NCBI GenBank assembly: GCA_043228905.1
Contig: JBHGNT010000012.1
Coordinates: 15,810,001 to 15,874,000 of the forward strand
Reading direction: 5' to 3'
Source of the DNA: Azolla caroliniana
Taxonomy: Eukaryota; Plantae; Polypodiophyta
Length of the DNA stretch: 64,000 nt
Shown here: positions 23,696 through 35,200 of the stretch, piece by piece
Numbering within the stretch: position 1 is the stretch's first letter
Layout: each line of letters starts with the position of its first letter
The notes under the pieces: generated by a model
Database searches by the model: none
Told to the model about the DNA's origin: nothing
The model's input: only the letters and a program-made list of their open reading frames with translations
Position numbers and translations under genes: made by a program

Positions 23696-24752
23696 TGTCG
23701 CGTTATTACGCGCGTGCGTGTAGAAAGGGGCGGGACCACGGGGGTCTCGGACGAGGGAAAAGGGATGCCAAGAAAACCGACTCCTGACATGACCCGGAGG
23801 CGACCGAACACGAGAGAGAGAGAGAGAGCGTGCGCACGACACCAACTCTTATGCATAGGGAACGGAGGGCTATGCTCTCGACACCACCGGATACACCAAC
23901 ATGCACAAACAGATACGAGCGTATATATTACAAAGGAAAAGATACAACCCCAACTTCGAGCCGGGGTACACTCAGAAGAAAAGACGTTAACCCTAACAGA
24001 GCTTTGCCGCCATGGCTACTATGCTCAACTTCTCAAGAAGGAAAAGAAGAAGAAGACCATAAGACAGTTACTAACCCTAGAAATTCTTAACAAAACGACC
24101 CTCTACAAAATGGTATACCCCTACGACTCAAAATGGGCAACCCCTTCACAAGAGACCCCTCCCTTCCTGTTATTCGTTAGCCGGACAAGGCCTAACACAA
24201 GGTGTCACGGAGACACTTCACCAAAGGGTGATTACGGCATAGGATTAAGATTCAACGATTACACCGACTTACGTAAGTTACACGATTAGAATGCTTTGGT
24301 TAATTGCACGCGTAAGATATAACAGTAATTACAGAACGGAAATCAAGATAGAAGTATAAACATCATAAGCTCTATTAATTATCCGCTGTGATTACAATGG
24401 GGTCCGGGCCTTTAAATAGGTTTCCGGCCCGTAGTACAAAACGGTGCCTCTCGCACCTATTCGGAATCCGTCCGGATCTGGAACGGCATACCGTTTCCAG
24501 TCCGTCCGTCCACACTATGCCTATTTACAACCATACTTAATTAACTCCTTCACTCCGTATTTTGGACTCCTTGCCGGCCGGTAACACATGGCACGCCCGT
24601 GGGACAGTACCTTGTACGTCGAACCCTTCTCGGCCCCTTCATTGTTCACCCAAACTGTCCAAAATATCTTGTTCCAGAGTTTCCAATTATTCTTCCGGTT
24701 GTGGTTGTTGCGGCTGTGCTTGCTGCTGCTGCTGCTGTGGTTGCGGTTGGGA

Positions 24753-27527
24753 CTACGGCTGTTCCGGCTGCTCTATAGGCGGCTGCTCGGCTTGCTGCTG
24801 CTGCTCCGTTTGTTTCGCTGACTCCGGCTGCTCCGTTTGTCTCTCTGGCTCCGGCATCTCCGTTTGACTGCTTCCGGTCCGGTCTCCTTCCAGTAACGGT
24901 TCCTCATCACTGAGGTTGACCGTAACTGGTTCTCGTTCTTTCTCTCCCCGGATCCGGGACCTCTCGTAGCTTTCAAACTGGATCTGCGCCTCCAGCCTGT
25001 CGTCGTCCAGCTGAGCTACAAGTTGCCGGACTTGCTCTAGTTGGTCCTCTGCCAAGGCTTGAAAGTCTTCGGCCAACTCATCCCTTATACCGGTGAAGTC
25101 TTCGGAATTCAACATATAGCAATCATCTCCCTCCTTCCGCCGGTTCTCTACGTCGGCCCGGAGCAATTGGAGTTCCGCCGCGTTCGTGGCCCACTTGGTC
25201 CACCATTTGACGGAACCGTTGTCAATCAAGCTCTTGGTCTGGTTCAACCAGGCCCGCATTATATCTTGGATGCGACTTGCTCCCATTTGTGCTCTGCTTT
25301 CCACCACTTGTCGCTCCTCCTTCAACTGCTTGATGAGATTTGCCGTATCCTCCGCCTGCTCTCTGTAGCGCGTCAGCTGCCCTTGATATGTCGTTTGCAG
25401 CCTCTGCAGTACCTCCGCCACTCTTTCTTTTTCCGCCTGCTGTTGCATGAGGAGCTCTGTCTGAACCTTCTCCGCCTCTTCCAACCGTCTTCTGTTTTCC
25501 GCTTGTTCCTTGGCGAATGCGGTTGCGGTCCGATCAACTGCTTGCCGGAGCTCATCTGTCCGTTCCTTGTGCTCCGTTTGCAACCGTTTATACTCCCGGT
25601 GCAATTGCTCAAATTCCTCCGTTTTTTGTTTGAGCTTGCCGTTGATCTGGCGATGGTTCCGGTCCTCCCGGTCCTTTACCTGCCGGAGTTCCTCTTTCAG
25701 GCGCTCTACTTCTGTTTCGGCGTTCCTCCGGAGCCTGTCCTTCTCTTGCAGCATTTTCTCCTTTTCCTCCTTGAGCCGGTCGTACGCTTGGTGGCCTTTC
25801 CGTAAGCTCTCCTCGACTCGGCGTAGATTCTCAACAGTCTTTTTGAGTTCTGCCTCCGCTGCCGTCTTCAATTCTCTTTCGCGGCTCCTCAGCGCTTCTT
25901 GGGCAGCTAGCTCATCCTTTAAATCCGCAAGCTCTTGGGCTTGTGCCCCATTTCTCTCCGGAACGGTTTCCGTTGCCGGGGTCTGATTGCTATGTACAGG
26001 TTGATCTGCCGCTTTATTCTGTACATTGCCCGGAGTCACCGGTACTTGGACTTGTGTTGTCAAAGCCAATTGAGCCATTTCCGTTGTGACCCTGTCCAAG
26101 TCTTGTTCAAGGCTCCGGATTCTAGACCGGGCCGTCTCTAAATCTACGGTTGTGACGAGCAACCGTTCCTGGTGCGTTCTCTCTTCCGCCTCTATATACT
26201 CGACCACTCCAGCGATTTGCTCGCCTACCCACCGTAGCCACATGCTACTGGTGCCTTGTTGCTGTACTGGTCGGGTCGGCTCATTCACTGTGGAATTGTC
26301 TGGCCTGAGTGCCTGCATATGCCGTTCTGGTTCTACTCCTTGGCCGCCGTGTGTTCTGGCTGGGCTCGCCGACTGTTGAGTTCCGGTTCTCGCCGTCTTC
26401 GGAGCCGTTGGAATGACTTCTTCTATAGAAGTCGACAAGACCGTTTCCCTACGCACCGGTTCCGGTTCCTCCCTTGTGGTTTGCTCAGGTTGAGTTGGGG
26501 GCGTTTCTGCCTCTCGCGGGTACGACCGCTCCCCTCCTGTCTCGGCGGTCCTACTTCTTGACCGTCGTTGGAGGTGCTCTTCTGGCTCCTCCGTTTCCTC
26601 TTCCTGTGTCACGGCATGTTTCTGTGCCGTCAAGGGTTCCGGTTCCTTCTGTCCCGGTCTCCGTATGGTTATCTTGACGGGTGGGACCGGTGACACCTCC
26701 TCCGGTTCTGGGACCCGCTTCTTCCCTTTCGTCGCCTTCGACGCCAGCAGCTGCTGTCGTTTGGACGCCGGCTTCGAGGTGCTTCCTTCCGATACTCTTG
26801 GCCGCTTCTTTGGCTGGACGGTCTCGACCGGCGGCACGAGCAATGTTATCCATTGAGCTACGGCGTGCCACAGCTTCCGGCCCTCCTTGCCGTCCTTTCC
26901 TCGTACCATGTCGATTGCCGTGCACAAACCGTCTGCAATCAACACCGGCCAGTCCACCTTGACCCCTTCATAGGTGGCTATGATCATCCCTGCCCGATTT
27001 TTTGGCATGACAGGGGGTCGGGGGTACACGTGACCGTACTCATGGAGCACTCGAGCTATCTCCCTGAATAGCGGATCTTCGCCGCCCTGCGTCCGATAGC
27101 CTTTGCCGGCAACAGAGTACTCACCGAAATATCGGATGAGTTGCTCCGAGGTTGGGTTATCGATCTGAAAGATTCCTCCCTCCGGAAGGCCTGTTAGCGC
27201 ACGGATCGCTTCCTCGGTGATGACCTCTGTGGCGAGCTCCTTGATGACCCGGTCGGCTTCTCTGTGCGGCGGTGCCTCCATGATGGCCAAGAACCCCTCC
27301 AGTCCGTGTTGCCTGAACCATTTCCTGGCCGCTTCCGACAGTGTTTGTGGTTCCATGTCTGCTTCAAGGTCGAGGGAAGATGGCGAGGTAGAGTGGTGAT
27401 GAGAGTGAGAGCGAGAGAGAGAGCGTTCTGAGCGTGGGGGTTCTCTGCGTGCAGGTTCGCGTTTGCTCAGCTTCCACTGCCTTGGTGCTTCTGTGCTTCT
27501 TGGCTCGCGAAATGAAAAGGTCTCCAT
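24753..27527 (-). CDS. Extra ORF downstream of pol: globular N-terminal domain, charged linker, long coiled coil, Q/P-rich tail
   Basis: 967-codon open frame, ATGs at 27527 and 27356; ITEEAIRALTGLP and VDWPVLI motifs resemble plant retrotransposon accessory ORFs; heptad-like E/K/L/Q region; no obvious transmembrane segment. Confidence 0.75.
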   Translation of the reverse strand: METFSFREPRSTEAPRQWKLSKREPARREPPRSERSLSRSHSHHHSTSPSSLDLEADMEPQTLSEAARKWFRQHGLEGFLAIMEAPPHREADRVIKELATEVITEEAIRALTGLPEGGIFQIDNPTSEQLIRYFGEYSVAGKGYRTQGGEDPLFREIARVLHEYGHVYPRPPVMPKNRAGMIIATYEGVKVDWPVLIADGLCTAIDMVRGKDGKEGRKLWHAVAQWITLLVPPVETVQPKKRPRVSEGSTSKPASKRQQLLASKATKGKKRVPEPEEVSPVPPVKITIRRPGQKEPEPLTAQKHAVTQEEETEEPEEHLQRRSRSRTAETGGERSYPREAETPPTQPEQTTREEPEPVRRETVLSTSIEEVIPTAPKTARTGTQQSASPARTHGGQGVEPERHMQALRPDNSTVNEPTRPVQQQGTSSMWLRWVGEQIAGVVEYIEAEERTHQERLLVTTVDLETARSRIRSLEQDLDRVTTEMAQLALTTQVQVPVTPGNVQNKAADQPVHSNQTPATETVPERNGAQAQELADLKDELAAQEALRSRERELKTAAEAELKKTVENLRRVEESLRKGHQAYDRLKEEKEKMLQEKDRLRRNAETEVERLKEELRQVKDREDRNHRQINGKLKQKTEEFEQLHREYKRLQTEHKERTDELRQAVDRTATAFAKEQAENRRRLEEAEKVQTELLMQQQAEKERVAEVLQRLQTTYQGQLTRYREQAEDTANLIKQLKEERQVVESRAQMGASRIQDIMRAWLNQTKSLIDNGSVKWWTKWATNAAELQLLRADVENRRKEGDDCYMLNSEDFTGIRDELAEDFQALAEDQLEQVRQLVAQLDDDRLEAQIQFESYERSRIRGEKEREPVTVNLSDEEPLLEGDRTGSSQTEMPEPERQTEQPESAKQTEQQQQAEQPPIEQPEQP

Positions 27528-27719
27528 GCGTTCTGCTTCTTCTTTGTGCGTTTTGGCGCCTTTTTCGAGCATGCACACGTCGTGTACCAATTTAGTATTA
27601 AGTAGCGTGATGGCTCTTAAATGCCCACTACGTACCTTTTCGCGCCTTGCTTTCACACCCGTACATACCTCGATTTTTAATGTTTTTTTTTTTTTGTTTT
27701 TTTTTGACGGTATGTGATC

Positions 27720-29413
27720 TTACACATCCGTAGGTCCCTTCGGACCCTTACCGTTTTCCTTACGGGTTGCCGTGTCTTCCTTCGCCTCTGCCACTGGTTC
27801 CCCGTCGTCTTTTTCTTCAATCCGTACCGTTCCTGGTATAGTGCCGGTGGGCTTCATAAACGGGTTCTTTGGCATCGGTCCTTTATAGGGCTTTAGTCGA
27901 AATCCGTTCACCCACTTGCCTAGTACTTCACCGGCAAGTGTCCCTATCTGATAGGACCCGTTGTATTCCCGTGTCAGCCAATACGGGCCTGTCCATCTAA
28001 ACCGGAGTTTACCCGGCATTTTGCCCATCCTCGTTTGGAACACTAGAACCGGCTTTCCGATTTCGAACATCTTTTCGTTACCTTTCCGGTGACGGTCAAC
28101 GAACGCTTTCCGTCGTCGTTGCTCCAGTTCCAGGTGTAGGATGCTGGCCAGCCGTTGCTCCTCCAGTTCGCATAGTGCTGCTAGCCGCATTTCCTCCGAC
28201 TTCTTTTCATTCAGCCGTTCCCGTAGTTGGATCCGTAAGCTTGGTACCTGAAATTCCACAGGCATGACCGCCTCTAAACCGAACGCTAGCCGAAACGGCG
28301 TTGTCCGGATACTTGTTTTGTATGCCGTTCGGTACGCCCATAGCGCGCTATGGAGCTTTGTGTCCCAGTCCGTCCGGTTTTCATTGACAATTTTGCGGAG
28401 AATGTTCAGCAGCGTTTTGTTGGTGGACTCTGCTAACCCGTTCGCCTGTGGGTAGTACGGTGTGCTTCGTTTATGGACCACGGCATAGAACGTTGTTAAG
28501 CTTTCCACTACCTGGCCAAGGAAGTGGCCTCCTTGGTCACTGATTAATTCAATCGGACATCCATACCGGCACCAAATGTTTTCGTACAGGAATTTTGCTG
28601 TGGATGACGCGGTGTTGTCTCTCAGGGCCTTAGCTTCCATCCATTTAGTGCAATAATCTGTTGCCACGATGACATAACGATTACCCGTTCTCATTGCCGG
28701 TGGCTTGAACGGTCCGACAAAATCCAACCCCCACTTCTGGAATGGCTCTAGTGGAAGTACCGGTTGGTGTGGCATCCGTGCTTGCTCCGTAGGCTGGCCC
28801 ATTCGTTGGCATAGGTCACATTCCTTAGCATACTTGACGGCGTCTTTTAACGTCGTGGGCCACCATAAGCCGCTCTGCCATACTTTCCTTGCCGTCGCTT
28901 CCCCGGCATAGTGGCCTCCGGCAACCCCACAGTGTGCTTCCCGTAAGATTACTTGTTTCTCGTCACTACGGACTGCCCGTCTCCATATTCCATCTGCTCC
29001 TTTGTGGTAGAGAGTGTCCCGTAACAGACAGAAATTGCGGCTCTGCACCGCCAGTCGTTTCCTCTCGTCCCGGTTCATTTCCTCCGGTGGCAGACCCGTG
29101 CTTAGGAACTGGTGCATGTTCGTCAGCCACCTATCTTCTGACGCCACCGTGTCGTCCGCTGCCGTTTCCGGGGTGATACGGAATAACTCTGCGTCCGGGA
29201 ATTCATCCGCTACTCCGTCGCCTGATTCTCCGGACTCTAACCGGCTCAGGTAGTCTGCTACGGCATGCTGTATACCGGGCCGGTGGAAGATCTCGAATTC
29301 GAACTCCTGCAACAGCAAGGTCCAATGGGCCAACTTACCGGTCAGGGACGCCTTGGACACTAAGTACAGGAGCGTCGAATGATCCACATGAAAGGAGAAC
29401 TTCCTTCCCAATA
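27720..29413 (-). pseudogene. pol: End of RNase H plus integrase of the non-chromovirus Gypsy
   Basis: AHCGVAGGH..CDLCQ; WGLDFVGP, SDQG, PQANGLAE; WTGPY. Confidence 0.9.
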
Positions 29414-29551
29414 GGTAATGTCAGGAACTCTATTAAGGCAGAGAAGGAATTAGTACTAAAAGAAGGATTAGTACTATTGTCGGGGAATAGTACTAAGACA
29501 GAGAAGGATTAGTACTATGAGAGGTGTCGAACTTTGAGAGAAGGAATGGGT

Positions 29552-29595
<44 letters not shown>

Positions 29596-29877
29596 TGATG
29601 CGAAAGGTATATGTATTATATGAAGGAAGATATACAACAGTAGTTAGAAGGCTTAAGACTGGCGTTGAACCGATTTGGTTCGAACTAATGCCTTGCGCCT
29701 CCTTTTATAGTGTCTTCAGGAATACTCCTGAAGTTTCTAGAATGTTCCAAAGAAATCTGGAATATACATCAATTTCCCAATAAAACCTAAATGAAAATAA
29801 TATCCTTCAAATTACAATTTATAACCTAATGGTAAAGTCTCGACCCGTGTAACAAAAGGTTATGGGTTCGAGTCTAG

Positions 29878-32800
29878 TTATGACACTATCCCCCCTTTAA
29901 AACGACGAGTTCCACGAGTCGTTTTGGATTGAGGACCCGGTTTCTCGGGATATCGTTGATGGAAGTCTTCTAGAAGAGCACGAGCATTGGTCACATTCTC
30001 GATCGGTTCCCAAGTACGCTCGCTGGGACTATATCCTAGCCAATCGACTAGATAGTAGAGCTTGTTGCGAACAATCTTGGAATCGAGGATGGCAGCGACC
30101 TCATACTCAGGTCCATCTTCGAGCTCGATAGGAGGTGGTGGTTGTATAGTACGTCCTGGGATAGTGCTCTCGTGATAGGGTTCGAGGAGAGAACTATGAA
30201 ACACCGGATGTATCCGAAGTTGCGGAGGTAGCTCGAGACGAAAAGCGACATCATTAATCTTCCCGATAATACGGAAAGGACCTAATCGCCGATAATCCAA
30301 CTTCTCACATGGGCGAGTAGTCTTGATGTGTCGTCGTAGCAGCCACACCCGATCTCCAATGTTAAAACTGGATGGAAGTCGATGACGATCTGCGTAGTCC
30401 TTGTGTGATTGTTGAGCTTGCTGGAGTTGAGTAGATAAATCCGCTTGTATCTTGCGTAACCGCTCCAAACGATCCTCCGCGCAAGGATTTGTGGACACTT
30501 CTGGGGTTTCAAGGACACACCACCGGGGATGATATCCTGTATAAGCGTAGAATGGCGTGACTTTAGTCGATGCGTGGATAGCGTTATTATAGGCAAATTC
30601 GGCGAACTGAAGAATATCTGCCCAGTCATTCTGATGATAGTTGAGAAAGCACCGCAGATACTGCTCCAGTGTTTGATTTGTTCGTTCAGCTTGACCGTCG
30701 GTTTGTGGGTGGTAGCCGGAGGAGAGGTGACAAGTGACCTTCAACATTTTAAAAAGGTGCTTCCAGAATTTTGACACAAACTGAGGTCCACGATCGCTGA
30801 TGATATTATCAGGGAGTCCATGATGCCGACATACTTCCCGCATGACAATTTCGGCGGTGTCTTCACTAGATATTTCTTTAGTACATGGTAAGAAATGAGC
30901 CATCTTTGTATATCGATCCACCACTGTGAGAATCGCACTGAATCCCTTGGAGACTGGAAGATCTGTAATGAAGTCAAGAGCAATGGATTGCCATGGCTTG
31001 CTTGGAATTGGTAATGGTTCTAATAAACCATATGGATGATGTCTTGGCATTTTCGCTCTGCAGCATGTATCGCAAGTCCGAACAAAATCTTCGACAAATT
31101 GTCGCATACGGGGCCACCAGAATGATCGTTGTACTAAATCTAATGTTTTAGTACTACCAAAATGTCCTGCTGTATATGTGTCATGGCAGTTTTGTACTAC
31201 TCGAAGGCGGCAAGAACCATTAGGAACATACAAAAGTTCTTTAAAGAAGAGTAATCCATCACAGTATTTGAATTGCCGATAATCCGTACCTGGTGATTGT
31301 GATTGTGAACATGACGCTCGAGAGGGGTCAATTTGTGCTAGTATAGCTTGGGCGAAAGCGTCAGTCTTCAAGTCCTCACGTATAGTATTGGTAATGTCGG
31401 AATCCACGGGCATGTCAAAGACCTGTGCTGCTTGCAGTCGTGCTGGACCCAAGATTACTTGCTTCTGGTTATCGAAAGCTGGCTCACCAGGACGTGGTGT
31501 TAGATACGAATGCCGTGATAATGCATCTGCCTTCCCTTGGTGCTTCCCCGGACGATATGTAATTTTGAAGTCGAAGCGTGTGAGGAAGTGGGCCCACCGA
31601 GCTTGACGTCGATTCAGTACACGAGCATCTTGAAAGTAGGCAAGGTTCTTGTGGTCACTGAATACAGTGACCTGATGAGGAGATCCCTCCAGGAAATGCC
31701 TCCATTGCATAAAAGAATCAACTATTGCTAATAGCTCTTTATCATGAATTTCGTAGTTGATTTCGGCGGCGTCAAACTTACGGGAGTGGAAAGCCACAGG
31801 ATGTAGCTTCTCGTCGTTACCCTGTTGTGACAGAATGCTCCCCAATGCGAAATCCGATGCGTCAGCTTCGATAATGAATGGTTTTTCCGGATCCACATGA
31901 CCTAAAATTGGAGCTGATGTAAACGCCTTCTTAAGACTCTCGAAAGCCATGTCCGTCTCTTTAGACCAAAGGAATGATTGTCCCTTCCTGGTGAGCTGTG
32001 TGAGAGGCAGCACAATTTTTGAGTAATTTTGTATGAACTTCCGGTAAAAATTTGCAAAGCCTAGGAAGCATTGCACATCCCGCACCGAACGCGGAGTGTG
32101 CCATTCTATCACCGTTTTGACCTTGGCTGGGTCCATAGATATGCCTTCTGAGGAGATGACATAGCCGAGAAACTCCACTTGGTTGCACCCGAAACTACAT
32201 TTCTCTAACTTTGCATACAGACCATGTTCTCGAAGTCGTTTTAGTACTAATAGTACATGAGAATCATGTTCTTCTTGGGTCTTTGAATAAACCAGTAGAT
32301 CATCCAAATAGATGATCAAAAAATCATCCAAGAGATCTCGAAATATATCATTCGCCATGTGCTGGAAGACTGCCGGCGCATTAGTGAGTCCGAACGGCAT
32401 GACCGTATACTCGAAGTGCCCATATCTGGTGCGAAACGCGGTCTTCCATTCATCTCCTGGTCGGATCCGTACGAGGTTATAGGCTCCTCGTAAGTCGATC
32501 TTCGTGAAGAACCTGGCACCGTTGATCCGTTCTAAAAGACTTGAGATAAGGGGAAGAGCATACCTATTTCTTACTGTGACCTTATTCAAGCCACGGTAAT
32601 CTACAACGAGTCGAAGCGAGCCATCTTTTTTCTTGACGAAGAAAATGGGTGCGCCGGCTGGAGATTTCGAATGCCGAATGAAACCGTTCTCCAAATTCTC
32701 CTCTATATAGGCTCGAAGGACTTCTAGCTCGGTTGGTGACAAATTGTAGATCGGCCCCCATGGCGGCTCTTTTCCCGGTTGTAAGTCGATGGCGCAATCG

Positions 32801-33470
32801 TACGGCCGATGATGAGGAAGTGTGTTGGCTTGTACTTTATCGAACACATCAGCATACTGACGATACTTCTCGGGAAGTTGAACGGTGGACTCCTCTTTGG
32901 TGGTACTGGAGGGTTGTACTGATATTGCGAAGAGAAACATTTCCTCCTTGCGCCCTTCCTCACGCAACTGACGTAGCGAAATGGTTGCAACCTTCTGGGT
33001 AGATCCTTGGGTTTGTCGCAACCGGATTTCCCTTGTCCTCCAATCTATGTCTGGGTTATGTAACTCGAACCATGGTAATCCTAAAACTATGGGATGTTCT
33101 GGAATACTAATAATATTAAATGATACTACACATGTTAAGTTATCTAGGACAATATTAACGGGTTCCGACTCTTCTATGATATTACCAGAAGCAATGGGAC
33201 GACCATCAATGACTACTACTGAGGCTGGACATGGGAGCTTTCTGAGAGATATCTGATGAGCTCGGGCAAAATTCCTATCCATGAAGCAAGAATTAGCTCC
33301 GGAATCTAGAAGGGCTAAGGTATGTACTGGAGGGGTACTTTTAGTACTAACTGCTACTTGGGCTACGAACACATCACTAACTTGCTTAGAGGGAATGGAA
33401 CCACTAATGGGCTGCACAGATCTAGGGCTGTCCAACCAAACGGCTCCTATTTTGGCTGGACTTAGTCGTT
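29878..33470 (-). CDS. pol: T1 Pol (PR-RT-RH-IN-chromodomain), in the -1 frame relative to gag
   Basis: ALLDSGAN, YLDD, DASD, GHFG..CDTC, GPF, YEVAAILDSKIVRNKLYYLVDWLGY..TWEP. Confidence 0.93.
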
Positions 33471-34631
33471 TAACTCTTCTTCTAATTGGCTAAGGACATC
33501 AAATTTGTTTGCGAGATTCGGACTATTAGTACTATTAGGACTATTATGACTATGAGGACTATCAGAGATTCCTACTGAAATAGACTCGGGTTTAGTATAG
33601 TCAGAACTAACAACGACTTGGTTTACCTGCCTTCTTGGTCTATGGGGACAGTTTATCGCGATATGCCCTGGTCCACCGCAATAAAGGCATAATCGGTTTG
33701 TTCGGCGTCGTTGCTTTTCCTCCTCCGATAGCGGCCCACGACGACGTGTAGTGTCAATTTCCATTGGAGTTGGAGTACTTACTGGAGGCGCATTATGTGA
33801 CTCCCTTTGAAAAGGTTTTGCTACCACTGAGGCATAGGTAGGCTCGGATCTTGCCCTCGGCATCTGAAATTGTCGTTCCGAACGTCGCTCGAACAGGCGG
33901 TTGTCACATCTGACCGCTCGACTGATTGCTTCTGTTAATGATTTTGGCTCTTCAGGGAAAGTCAAGAGTAAATCCTTGACATCGTTGCGTAGACCATAGC
34001 GGAACTGCTCCATCAATGCTTGATCATCCCAGGGGATATCGGCGGCGAGTAGGCGGAAATCTGCAGCATATGCGGAGGCTGGACGGTCACCTTGGCGTAA
34101 TCGCCGGATTTTGTTGATTGCAGTCCTTATGCTGTCAGTATCTCCAAAACATGCTTTAAACTCATTTATGAATTCTTCAAAATTATTTAGTACTGGAGAT
34201 TCCTTTTCTAGTAGCGGAGCGAACCATGCTAATGCTGAGCCATTTAACAACGTGCCTACTAAACCCACTCGTGATGCATCGGTGGGATATCGGGACGGAT
34301 GCATTTGAATAACTAACCGTACCTGGTTAAGAAACCCTCTAAACTGCGATCGCGTTCCATCAAACTTCGTGGGAAGGCCAATCTTGGGTTCTTTATGAAT
34401 CCCTTGTGCTCCGTGCCCTTGTTGTTGCATTGCTACGATGGTTGCTTCGAGTTGTTGCACGCGTAACGCAAGTTCCCCATGCTGTTGTTGCGTTTGCTGC
34501 TTTTCTAAGGAAATTTGCTGAAGATCCCCCAACAAGCGTTGATTTTCTTGTTCCAAAGCATGAAACTTCTCTTTCAAGCATTGAAATTCCGAGAAAACGG
34601 ATTGATACTCTTCAGCGCTAACGGTGGCCAT
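33462..34631 (-). CDS. gag: T1 Gag
   Basis: 389 aa; PTKFDG, LRQG, PMEID, CLYCGGPGHIAINCP. Confidence 0.93.
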   Translation of the reverse strand: MATVSAEEYQSVFSEFQCLKEKFHALEQENQRLLGDLQQISLEKQQTQQQHGELALRVQQLEATIVAMQQQGHGAQGIHKEPKIGLPTKFDGTRSQFRGFLNQVRLVIQMHPSRYPTDASRVGLVGTLLNGSALAWFAPLLEKESPVLNNFEEFINEFKACFGDTDSIRTAINKIRRLRQGDRPASAYAADFRLLAADIPWDDQALMEQFRYGLRNDVKDLLLTFPEEPKSLTEAISRAVRCDNRLFERRSERQFQMPRARSEPTYASVVAKPFQRESHNAPPVSTPTPMEIDTTRRRGPLSEEEKQRRRTNRLCLYCGGPGHIAINCPHRPRRQVNQVVVSSDYTKPESISVGISDSPHSHNSPNSTNSPNLANKFDVLSQLEEELND

Positions 34632-34865
34632 GGGATGAAGGAAAAGGAAAATAAGAGACTAATAGGAAAGGAGGGAGACAGAAGGAAGAGGGAGAGAAAA
34701 GACCAGACAGGCACCGAGAAATCGGTTCAAACTGTCAGGAACTCTATTAAGGCAGAGAAGGAATTAGTACTAAAAGAAGGATTAGTACTATTGTCGGGGA
34801 ATAGTACTAAGACAGAGAAGGATTAGTACTATGAGAGGTGTCGAACTTTGAGAGAAGGAATGGGT

Positions 34866-34905
<40 letters not shown>

Positions 34906-35200
34906 TGATGCGAAAGGTATATGTATTATATGAAGGAAGATATACAACAGTAGTTAGAAGGCTTAAGACTGGCGTTGAACCGATTTGGTTCGAACTAATG
35001 CCTTGCGCCTCCTTTTATAGTGTCTTCAGGAATACTCCTGAAGTTTCTAGAATGTTCCAGAGAAATCTGGAATATACATCAATTTCCCAATAAAACCTAA
35101 ATGAAAATAATATCCTTCAAATTACAATTTATAACCTAATGGTAAAGTCTCGACCCGTGTAACAAAAGGTTATGGGTTCGAGTCTAGTTATGACAGGTAA

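Larger units (their letters stand above)
29419..35195 (-). mobile_element. Intact Tcn1-like chromovirus T1 inserted in RNase H
   Basis: LTRs 29419-29885 and 34733-35195, near-identical; TSD GGTAA; PPT AAAGGGGGGATAG; no tRNA PBS. Confidence 0.95.

Noticed and set aside
24753-27656. Envelope gene or captured host myosin/SMC gene
   Set aside because: No signal peptide, transmembrane helix, motor or ATPase motif was seen; a coiled coil alone is non-specific.
29821-29885. Bona fide tRNA gene
   Set aside because: No complete cloverleaf or acceptor stem could be built; only A/B-box-like motifs are present.
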